DNA of 64,000 bases, from NCBI RefSeq assembly GCF_003918875.1, contig NW_025767237.1, forward strand, positions 248,001 through 312,000, read 5' to 3'. A model generated the notes under the pieces. That model saw only the letters and a program-made list of their open reading frames with translations, had not been told where the DNA came from and made no database searches. Below, in pieces: positions 27,401 through 39,400 of this stretch; position 1 is the stretch's first letter, and every line of letters begins with the position of its first letter. This DNA is from Haliotis rubra (taxonomy: Eukaryota). The position numbers and the translations under genes are program-made.

Positions 27401-30400
27401 TACAGTGAGAGCTGGAAGAACATGAAGTAGTGCAATCAGGACATAATACATGTGGGTCAGCCGCAGACAGTCGGTACCTACAACGAACACAAGTTTTCAT
27501 CAAATGTAAACACGATGAAAAAACATGTCAACAACAGATAATTCAGATCAAATTCCAAACCATATAGTAGAATACAATCCTAAAAGCCGTATACAGCAAT
27601 AATTTTGATGTAAAGGTCCAAAAGAGAAAAGGATATGTGCCGTATAGGGACCCAGGTGCTCTCACAACCGTCCTCAAGGGCGAAGAAGGAGAGAGTGACA
27701 AGCATGGCTGGTCATGTGATACAAAAGAGCGCATAAGGAGGCAAGGGAGACTACTCGTGGGTGAGTGATGATTTTACGTCCGCTTTTTAGAAGGAAACTT
27801 CAAGGGATTTCAAGTGTTCCACTATCATTCGCAAGAAGGAGGAGACAAGCATTTAGCATGAGTCAGGATAAGGAAAATTACAGATTCTAATAGTTTTGTT
27901 GGATTAATCCCAGAAAACCCAACAAAAGTACTAGAATCTGTACTTTACGGAGAAAGTGGAATCCCAAATACAACATGTGTTACCGTACAATCATTATTTT
28001 TCAAACAAACTAAAGACTGCACATAAATTTTGGAGAAACAAATGGATGTCATCATCCAACGCTGCTTCCAATGCTGATGCTGCAATCAACGCTGATGCTG
28101 ATGCCAGCCAGAACTTGACAACTTACCAGTGAGCATGATGCCATCCAGGTTCCCAGCAGAGATGAGATCATTGGTCAGTTTGTCGAATGAAGTGGACAAG
28201 CTGTGGAGATAAAGTAACNNNNNNNNNNNNNNNNNNNNNNNNNNNNNNNNNNNNNNNNNNNNNNNNNNNNNNNNNNNNNNNNNNNNNNNNNNNNNNNNNN
28301 NNNNNNNNNNNNNNNNNNNNNNNNNNNNNNNNNNNNNNNNNNNNNNNNNNNNNNNNNNNNNNNNNNNNNNNNNNNNNNNNNNNNNNNNNNNNNNNNNNNN
28401 NNNNNNNNNNNNNNNNNNNNNNNNNNNNNNNNNNNNNNNNNNNNNNNNNNNNNNNNNNNNNNNNNNNNNNNNNNNNNNNNNNNNNNNNNNNNNNNNNNNN
28501 NNNNNNNNNNNNNNNNNNNNNNNNNNNNNNNNNNNNNNNNNNNNNNNNNNNNNNNNNNNNNNNNNNNNNNNNNNNNNNNNNNTGTGCGTGCGTGCGCGTG
28601 TGTGAGAGAGAGAGAGATTGGGAGGAAGCGAGTGTCATTGACTGAACTGATAGTTATTGAAATTTATACCACCGGTGTGCGTTGAAACAAATTAACCAGA
28701 TTCACACCCAGTACTCAATCGTCAGATCTCACATGTTATTGACCTGGATTGACTATGTAAACTCTGCTATAACACTGCTAAGAAGGTGATCACTGTATAC
28801 TATGCACTCACCCTGGGGTCCGGAAGGTAGATGCAGGCAAAGGCCACCTTGTCTTCAACAGCCATGTCTGAATCCTGAAAATCAATGTGGTTATCTCGAC
28901 CTGATTAACAATACTTGAAATGGTTATCTCCCCTGATTAACAATACTTGAAATGGTTATCTCCCCTGATTAACATTACTTGAAATGGTTATCTCCCCTGA
29001 TTAACAATACTTGAAATGGCTACCTCACAAGACACAACATGCTTATCTCCCTTGATGAACAAAACGATGTACAGCATTATCTCATCCCTCCATACACTTA
29101 AGCCTGGGTGTCTTGTAAGTGAACACTTCACACACTGGCCCACCAGGCACTGACCAACACATCCTTGTAGTTCTGTCGGTCACCGGTGAGGAAGGCGAAC
29201 ATGGCACGGAGGTACGGGTCCTCTAACTGGTTCCGCAGACTGTTGCACGTCTTCTGCCACAGAGTCGACTTCTGATCTGAGTAGCCCGCCAGCGCCATGG
29301 CAACAGCATTCAGGTTCCCGTGATCTGACACAAGAAGAGATACAGATCTTGGTCAGTACAATATCCAAAAAAAATGACTATTCTGTTATAGGTAACAAAG
29401 TATAATTCTTGGACTGATGACTGTATGGTGTTACTAGGTAACAGTTACCTGGCGACCGGCTAGCACCTTGACTCAGTATTTCCAGTGATTCCTTCAGACG
29501 GAGGTTGAATAGAGCAAGAGCGGCTGCCTTCTCAAAGAATCCTTTCTCCTGCAAACTGTAATACAGAAACAGGAGGAATATAGAATACCTTGAGATACTG
29601 ATAATTAATAATAGTGTATCAACTACAGATAAAATTACCATGCCACACTCCACAATATTGCAGCTATATGATAGAAGCCTGTAACTGATCCAGTCCACAC
29701 CCAACAATATTGCAGCTATATGATAGAAGCCTGTCACTGATCCAGTCCACACCCCACAATATTGCAGCTATATGATAGAAGCCTGTAACTGATCCAGTCC
29801 ACACCCCACAATATTGCAGCTATATGATAGAAGCCTGTAACTGATCCAGTCCACACTCCACAATATTGCAGCTATATGATAGAAGCCTGTCACTGATCCA
29901 GTCCACACCCCACAATATTGCAGCTATATGATAGAAGCCTGTAACTGATCCAGTCCCACACAATATTGCAGCTACATGATGAAGCCTGTAACTGATCCAG
30001 TCCACACCCACAATATTGCAGCTATATGATAGAAGCCTGTAACTGATCCAGTCCACACCCCACAATATTGCAGCTATATGATAGAAGCCTGTAACTGATC
30101 CAGTCCACACCCCACAATATTGCAGCTACATGATAGAAGCCTGTAACTGATCCAGTCCACACTCCACAATATTGCAGCTATATGATAGAAGCCTGTCACT
30201 GATCCAGTCCACACCCCACAATATTGCAGCTATATGATAGAAGCCTGTAACTGATCCAGTCCACACCCCACAATATTGCAGCTATATGATAGAAGCCTGT
30301 AACTGATCCAGTCCACACCCAACAATATTGCAGCTACATGATAGAAGCCTGTAACTGATCCAGACCAGACCAGACAATCCAGTGATTGATATTATCAGCA

Positions 30401-33400
30401 ACAATCCAAGCTGTTGTCACTCAATTGTTGTGAATAAGATTCCCATGTATAGAGGATATTATATGAGTGCCCATATCATACTATGTTTACAACACAAGTG
30501 CTTAAATGTTGGTATTTCCCAAGTGAGAGTGAGGGATATACTGATATTTAGGCATGGGTGTCGTAAACATAGTATGATATGGGCACGAATATGATATTAT
30601 GTTTATTACCGAAGTCGTCAAATTGAGGAAAATAAACCGAAATCTACTTACAAACATAGGCTGTCTACTCACCGCCGCTGCATGTAAAATGCAACGTCAC
30701 AGAAGAAACGTGACGTCATAGCATTGTTCACGTCACGTCACCATGACAAAGTGATATTTTGCCATAGAGGCATCGTATGAAAAATATGAACCCTGATATT
30801 TTTGCCCTCGTAGGTAAAAAACGGTATATCTTACTTTTCAAGTAGGGACTTGAGAGATCCAAACTTGTCATCTTCTCTTCCCCAGCCACACAGCTGCAGC
30901 ACCACCGACCTGAACACAAAGGTGTCCATACATGAACTACTCCACATGACATTCAACAACCATTTATCAAATACCCATTAAAAGGTTAGTGACTTTTTTC
31001 CATTCTCAGCTCCCTTGGAATCATGCCAAAAAAAGAAAATAATCAATCATGATCCATAATTCATACAAACACAAAACATTATAAATACTACAACATATGA
31101 ATATATTGCCCACTCCACATGACAGGAATATTCCAAGGGCAATAACATTTGTCCAGGGAGGTGGTGGGGTAGTCTACTGGTTAAAGCATTTGCCAAAGAC
31201 CCGGGTTCGATTCCCCACATGGGTATAATGTGTGAAACCCATTTCTGGTTTCCCCGCCATGATATTGCTGGAATATTGCTAAAAGCGGCGTAAAACTAAG
31301 CTCACTCACTCACTAAATGTCCAGGAAATGATCAGAGTTGTATGTCACTCTCACCTCACTTGGGAGTGAAAAAAACCCAGAACATATCAACCAATATGTT
31401 GCGAAAACTTGTGTGTATTTATCATGATTATTGATGACCACATGACGCAAACATTGTTACACCGGAGTCAGCAATATTGCATGTATTATATTAGTATACA
31501 CACCGGAGTCACCAATATTGCATGTATTATATTAGTATACACACCGGAGTCAGCAATATTGCATGTATTATATTAGTATACACACCGGAGTCAGCAATAT
31601 TGCATGTATCATATTAGTATACACACCGGAGTCAGCAATATTGCATGTATCATATTAGTATACACACCGGAGTCAGCAATATTGCATGTATTATATTAGT
31701 ATACACACCGGAGTCAGCAATATTGCATGTATTATATTAGTATACACACCGGAGTCAGCAATATTGCATGTATTATATTAGTATACACACCGGAGTCAGC
31801 AATATTGCATGTATCATATTAGTATACACACGGAGTCAGCAATATTGCATGTATCATATTAGTATACACATAACGAGTCAGCAATATTGCATGTATATAT
31901 TAGTATACACACGAGGTCAGCAATATTGCATGTATCATATTAGTATACACACGAGGTCAGCAATATTGCATGTATATATATTAGTATACACACCGAGTCA
32001 GCAATATTGCATGTATCATATTAGTATACAACAAGTGAGTTCACCAATATGCCAATCTCCAGTAACAACCACCAATATGTATTGATAGCATTACAACCAC
32101 CAATCTCAATAACAACCACCAATATCAGTAACCAATCTCCGTAACAACCACCAATATCAATATCTGTAACAACCACCAATCTCCAGAACAAACAGCTATC
32201 CCAACAGAACCTACCAATCTCCAGAACAACCACCAACCTCCATAATAGCTCAATATCAGTAACAACCACCAATCTCCAGAACAACCACCAATATCCCAGT
32301 AACAACCACCAATCTCCATAACAACCACCAATCTCCATTACAACCACCAATCTCCGTAACAACCACCAATCCATAACAACCACCAATCTCCAGAACAACC
32401 ACCAATCTCCAGAACAACCACCAATCTCAGTAACAACCACCAATCTGTAACAACCACCAATCTCCAGAACAACCACCAATCTCCAGAACAACCACCAATC
32501 TCAGTAACAACCACACTTGACAAGCTATGAAACACATGTCGCAACCATCCAAATCACAGTTCTTCTGCACACGGAAAACCAAGATGTGTACTCATTTCTC
32601 GGCCTCACCTCTCTCGACTGACATACTGGTTGACGATCCTGCCCTGGTTCAGCATGCCATCCACGCCAATCCAGGACTTGTACACGTTCTTGCTGGCCTC
32701 GGCTGTCATCAACTTGGAGTATACCCCTGATGCCAATACCAGAATTCTTCAGAATGGAAGTCGGCTCACTCTCGTTCATGTAATCCTTTATTGCTGGTGC
32801 AGGTTAAGGTCTAAAGTCTCCCACATTATAATAGGGAATAAATATGCAATATTTCCCTCAAGAGTAGGTTGATAACGTGAAATAACTTTGACATTTGTGT
32901 TGCATATATCATTGATTCTCAACTGATGTAAGTCCTGTAAGTCCCTTACAACACCTTTTATTCACTGAAAACTGATGAACCATAAATCCTTAGCTCATGG
33001 GTTATGCTCGCATAGTATTTGCTGTTTTCATTACAGTTCCGTTAAGCCAAACGTTCTATACTCTGCCTATAATTATTGAGTACATGTCATGAAGTCAATG
33101 TGTTTTAACTTTCCTTAATCAAGACATTAATCAAAGCAAAATGTGAAAGGTTTCGGGATTACTACAAGCTCAAAGGTCTTTCAGGTGAAAATGCCCTGGA
33201 ACATTTTGTATTGTTTTTGCCAGGATACAGAACAGCCACTTCCACAGTCCGTGCAGGTGAGACTCATAGTCTATAGCAGGCCCCACGCTGTCCAGACTGG
33301 ACATCTGGAACACCGTAGAACACTCATTATGATAACAGTCAATAATTTATAACAAGTCATTACCAGTCAATAATTGGCCATTGACCATTCATGGTCAAGT

Positions 33401-36400
33401 GATAATTCATGTCAATCATCAAACATGTCTGACAATCAACCATTGAACAATCTTCTACTCAGTATTTTTTCATCAATCCCACAGTATTTTTTATCAAAAT
33501 TGAGCTAAAGTTCATTACATTTCCTATAAAATCACTGGCTCCATTACCATCAAGTGACTTTAAGTAGGTGATGCAAGACATTTCCCACACTAGTGGTTCT
33601 ATCAAATACTTTAAGGCTTTTCCTGAAAACAGCATCCAACATTCACACCTTACAAGCCTGTCCTGTCACCTCTGATACACTTACAAGTTTTAGTATTTGA
33701 ATACATTTTTCTGAAACATTTTAAGTGGTTTGACAAGTTACCTCGGAGTCCAGTCCATACCCCATCTTGACCCTGTTGTACATCCTGGTGGAGATGTCCA
33801 CATGCTGTCTGGACAGGTCAGTCTGGATACAGTCAACCGTCTTCTTCCCACACGCCCACGTCAGGTGGAAGGACGGTGACCACTTCTACAAAACCAACAT
33901 CATACCACTGTTGGCCGATCTCATTCAGTAATCAATAGTGATGAATAGATCAGCCATGGTCTGTTTACTCCACATACGTCAGTTTACAGTTTACAACCAG
34001 CTTTGGGCTTTTACCCCTTTTAAGTTCCCACATTGTTGTATATGTGAAATACTAAATACAGTATTGAACCCAAGATGACAGAGTCACTCACCATAGGAAT
34101 TCTCTCAAAGATGACAGTGTCCCGCACTTCACCAGATGAAGTAACGGACAGGAGGCGGTTCTCGTGAGTTGGGTGCCAGGCAAAGGACGATATCACAGAA
34201 TCTTTACAGGCTGCGGAAAACACACAACATATCACAGAATCTTTACAGGCTGAGGAAAACACACAACATATCACAGAATCTTTACAGGCTGCAGAAAACA
34301 CACAACATATCACAGAATCTTTACAGGCTGCGGAAAACACACAACATATCACAGAATCTTTACAGGCTGCAGAAAACACACAACATATCACAGAATCTTT
34401 ACAGGCTGCAGAAAACACACAACATATCACAGAATCTTTACAGGCTGCGGAAAACACACAACATATCACAGAATCTTTACAGGCTGCAGAAAACACGCAC
34501 CATCACCTTACTCTTGGCAACACACAAACTTCAAGATGCATCCAGCTTGATGACTCCCTTGAAATAAGGCAGAATGGGATCTGATTTGTTTGTTTGGCAC
34601 ACAAAACAAACTTCATCCATGGACAGTTTAAGCTTCCTTGTAAGTGTCCCACTAAATGAAAAGCGGCTTTGACAACCCAACAGCCAGACTCTCTAATGTG
34701 GCCTGAACCATTTCTTTTTGAGCGTATATGCCAAAACCTACTTTTGTATTTTGGGATTTCGACACTTGTGTGCACATAGGTTATTACCTCAGTTACATGC
34801 AAACAATATGGAAGAGTATTCCCAAAGGAAGCTACTTACGTTGGATGTTTCTTTCCACAAGAGCAGGCTCCATAACATCAGCGCCTGAATCAAGGAATTA
34901 TCACATGAAAGTCTGATCTAAAGCAACACAAGCAACTCAACCTGACTTCCTGCCACCCTGATGTGTACAGGGTAATGGGATCTTGGGCCTAGATTTTCGA
35001 AGCTCTCTTAGCACTAAGATAGTCGTAAGTTAATGTTAGGGTATGGCACTTACGACTATCTTAGCGTTAAGAGAGCTTCGAAAATCTAGGCCCTGTACTG
35101 TAACATAGACTTGAGACTGTCATGTGCAACCGCCCCCAGTATATATATGGGTCAGGCGTTTAATGTCACATTCGAAGTCATTGCATATATTTAGCATGGT
35201 GGCCAGATCCACAACATGTAGTAACTGATGGTACGTGTTGTTCCCCTGCCTGGTGCTCGCATTGGGATAAAACAAGGACGGGGTGGCTTGCAGCAAGCAT
35301 GCTATCCGGAATTCTGTAAACTGTGACATTGTATCTCAGTGAGCTAAACTGTGACACCCACATGGGTCTGGACTAGTACAAGCACCCCACATGCAGATCA
35401 CTATTTCTGGGCTATAATCTTAAACACAAAGTTAAGATTCATTTCACCTGTCTGATGTCATGCTTGTTGTCCTTACACAGCACAGACACATCCCAGACCT
35501 GTAACTCTCATCTCGGTTACTTACCAACCGAACACCGAGTGTCTGATGTCATACAGCTTGACCACGTTGTTGTCCTTACACAGCACAGACAGCATCCCAG
35601 ACCTGTAACAGTGTCCCACCATTACACACGACAACCCATCTCTCTCCAGATGGCTTGGTATACGCTAAAACAGTCTCCCACAACCCATCTCTCTCCACAT
35701 GGCTTGGTATACGCTAAAACAGTCTCCCACAACCCATCTCTCTCCAGATGGCTTGGTATACGCTAAAACAGTCTCCCGAATGCATAGTGTGGACTAAATG
35801 TATCACCTACAACAATATCTCTCCATCACACACGACCAACCCTTCCACCATTGTATCACCTACAACAATATCTCTCCATCACACACGACCAACCCTCCCA
35901 CCATTGTATCTCTTACAATAGGTTTGACTGAATACACTCCCCAGAATACAGCAGGGCATCAGGTTACATCAGATAATTCTATGCAGATTGCAGAGTATTA
36001 AGGAGCCCTTAAGTCACATATTTCTAACAAATAGTACCACAGTCCATAAGAAACCTTATGCCCGTCTTTACGAGCCATGATTCTAAATTACAGAAAAAGC
36101 ATTATTTATCACATACTGATGTAGATCTCGTCCTGGTAGCCTCTAACATACTGATGTAGATCTCATCCTGGTAGCCTCTAACATACTGATGTAGATCTCG
36201 TCCTGGTAGTCTCTAACATACTGATGTAGATCTCGTCCTGGTAGCCTCTAACATACTGATGTAGATCTCGTCCTGGTAGCCTCTAACATACTCACCTAGT
36301 GGGGCACCAGCTGATCTTGATGACCGACTTGTTTTCTGGGAGAGTCAAAACCTTCAGCTGTTAAGGAGCACTATTACAAGGTAACATCGATACAGTATAT

Positions 36401-39400
36401 CCAAATATTTTACTTTTAGTTATTCCTGGAACATAACTATTGCAGTTGTATCTTCTGTGTTTGTCTGTGTCTGTCTGTCTGTGTGTGTATGTCTGTCTGT
36501 CTATGTCTGTCTGTCTGTCTGTCTGTCTGTGTCTGTCTGTGTCTGTGGGGGTGCATCACTGTGACTGTACCTCTATGCATCTCTATGTGTGTCTGTGTGT
36601 GATGTGTGTGTGTGTGTGATATATATGTTACGCGCGCGCGCGTCGCGTGTGTGTGTGTGAGTGTGTGTGTGTTTGTGAGTGTGTGTCAGAGTCTCAGACA
36701 GAGTGCAAGAAATTAATCCATGAAAAAGGATACAGGTTTTTCAAAGCTTCTGAGATCCCATACAGAAACTTGATTCTGGAAGCAAGAAGGCAAAAGTAAT
36801 TTTATACTATGTATATTAGACTGAAATTATGTCAAATTATTACCCTTTATAGTTTCCATGTTAGTTGAAAATAGTATGCATCATGTGCACCACAAGCTCA
36901 TATCACACAATTTAAACACAATATTTCAAATATATTTCCTTTATAAAGCAAGTAAAATGTTTCACTGAAAAAGTAAGCATACTGAATACATGAAGTCACC
37001 TTTTTCTTAAAAAGAAACAAGAAACCAGCTCAAGACCCGGACAACTGGTCAGTCTGAGTGCTGACCCTCTTGCCATGACTCTGGTCTCGAGGGAGGTAGC
37101 ATCACCATAGGGTGACAACAGGTCAGTCTGAGTGCTGACCCTCTTGCCATGACGCTGGTCTCGAGGGAGGTAGCATCACCATAGGGTGACAACAGGTCAG
37201 TCTGAGTGCTGACCCTCTTGCCATGACTCTGGTCTCGAGGGAGGTAGCATCACCATAGGGTGACAACAGGTCAGTCTGAGTGCTGACCCTCTTGCCATGA
37301 CAGGCTGGTCTCGAGGGAGGTAGCATCACCATAGGGTGACAACAGGTCAGTCTGAATGCTGACCCTCTTGCCATGACTCTGGTCTTCGAGGGAGGTAGCA
37401 TCACCATAGGGTGACAACAGGTCAGTCTGAATGCTGACCCTCTTGCCATGACTCTGGTCTCGAGGGAGGTAGCATCACCATAGGGTGACAACAGGTCAGT
37501 CTGAGTGCTGACCCTCTTGCCATGACTCTGGTCTTGAGGGAGGTAGCATCACCATAGGGTGAACAACATAAACTGACCTTGTAAATAAATAAACCTAGTG
37601 TTGACTTACTTCTCCAAATGATGCCAACTGTTTATCGGACAGCGGGTCGACACAAAGACCTAGGACGCCCTTGTGTTGATTCTGAAGGTGAGGTCTCGTT
37701 AAATCTGAAAGTCAACAAATGGACGCTTAGTCAGCATTCATTAAGTTATTACCTGTTGGTCCATTGTAAGATAGTGTTAATCACAACTGGAATGGCGTAC
37801 ATGGAGAACAGTTTTAGCCAAGAACTGTTGAACCAACTAGCAGAAACACATGGTTATGAGCATCATCATCAGCCAAGGTTAGTGATTATGTGGACTGTTC
37901 TGAGCCGAACTTACAAGACAACAGAACTTGACTAGGCTCAGGTTTCAGGCCACATACTGGGATAATGGTTATTATATCATATGGTTTAGAGTGAGTGAGT
38001 GAGTTTGGTTTTACACCGCTTTTGTCAATATTCCAGCAATATCACAGCGGGGGACCCCGGAAATGGGCTTCACACGTTGAACCCATGTGGGGAATCGAAC
38101 CTGGGTTTTTGGCGTGACGAGGGAACACTTTAACCACTAGGCTACCCCTCCACCCTATGGTTTAGAAGAACACATTGTAAACAAACTTATTGTTACACTA
38201 TTTTCTGTAAGTGGAAATTAACTGTAAATGGAAACAGAAGGTATAAAAACACCTGAATCAAGGTGATCCTGCTATGAACTGCCATAAATCTGACATACAA
38301 GCACAACATGGAGGAGATACCCACCTCTGAGGTCGTAGACCCGCATGTGTCTGTTGTTGACGCCAGTCACGAAGGTCTTTGATTCACTGACAAACCAGCA
38401 GAAGGATGTGCTCGTATCACCACTCCCAGACCCTGTACAGAACAAAACAGGAGTATGTTCAAGCTCTTAAATATACAAGTGAGAAGATATGATACATGGC
38501 TACCTCAAATAGAGGTTTTGATACGACCCCCCACTTGATACGACCCCCACTTGCTGCTATTTGGTGCTGACATGATACACCAGTACAGCCACAAAAACAG
38601 ACACCTACCTACTTCAAACAGAGGTTTTGATACGACCCCCACTTGCTGTTTGTGCTGACATGATACACCAGTATAGCCACAAAAACAGATACCTACCTAC
38701 TTCAAACAGAGGTTTTGATACGACCCCCCACTCGCTGTTGGTGCTGATACGAGACCTCTCGTGGAAGTTGACATGTCTGTTCCAGCTGATGCAAACACAT
38801 CCCAGATGACAATACAGGGGTCATTGCGGTAGCGCTCACTGAATCCTTCAGCCAGCTGGAAGTATATTGATTCTATAAACCTGACTATACTCAGGATCTA
38901 CTATCAGTATGGCATAAGAGAATCATTTCGTTGACATATAGAAGCAAATAAACAAATTCATACATAATATTATTTGTATTTTCTCTTTGTTGATAAAAAT
39001 TGGAAAACATATATCGGGTATCTATGTTTATGACAGCTCTTTAACATTATATATCATGTTGAAAATAAATAATACTTTTCAACATATATTTCATCTCTAT
39101 TTGTCTGTATACAACAAATACGACTTAGTAACCAAGGCAACCTACAAGATGTGTTTCCTCGGGATTCCATGCTAAGTAGCTGCACTGTCGACTGTGCTTG
39201 GCATTGTGTACTGCAAAAAGAACAACAGACACGTATAAAATACTCATCAGTGAGAGTGCACATATCATAAGGCAACATACTATTGAGCTTTCATTGATAT
39301 TCAGTTCACTCAACAAACATTGTGTAAGTAAATTGTTCACCAACACCTGTCTGGCTTATTAACAGAACATACATTGTACTTACAAAACTCTTTTCCAATA

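Larger units (their letters stand above)
21240..27879 (-). mobile_element. DIRS1-like tyrosine-recombinase retrotransposon, internally deleted (no RT/RNase H), in a MIOS intron
   Basis: Terminal inverted repeats TTTTCCTTATCCTGACTCATGCTAA(A)TGCTT at ~21262-21292 and ~27847-27877, with AATT at both ends. Cys/His-rich gag N-terminus CVRC...DPHVLCPDC (27503-27279). Gag body at 24628-23050. Methyltransferase-like domain DLFATKFN...YAFP...LVAPYWPVRVWF (~23020-22780). Tyrosine recombinase motifs APAWDLNVVL...KTLFLIALATAAR, NPHEVRALAST and FANHYLRD (~22600-21690), with stops and frameshifts. Confidence 0.88.

Noticed and set aside
28168-28645. ORFs of about 150 aa across 28.2-28.6 kb
   Set aside because: Artefacts of the N gap.
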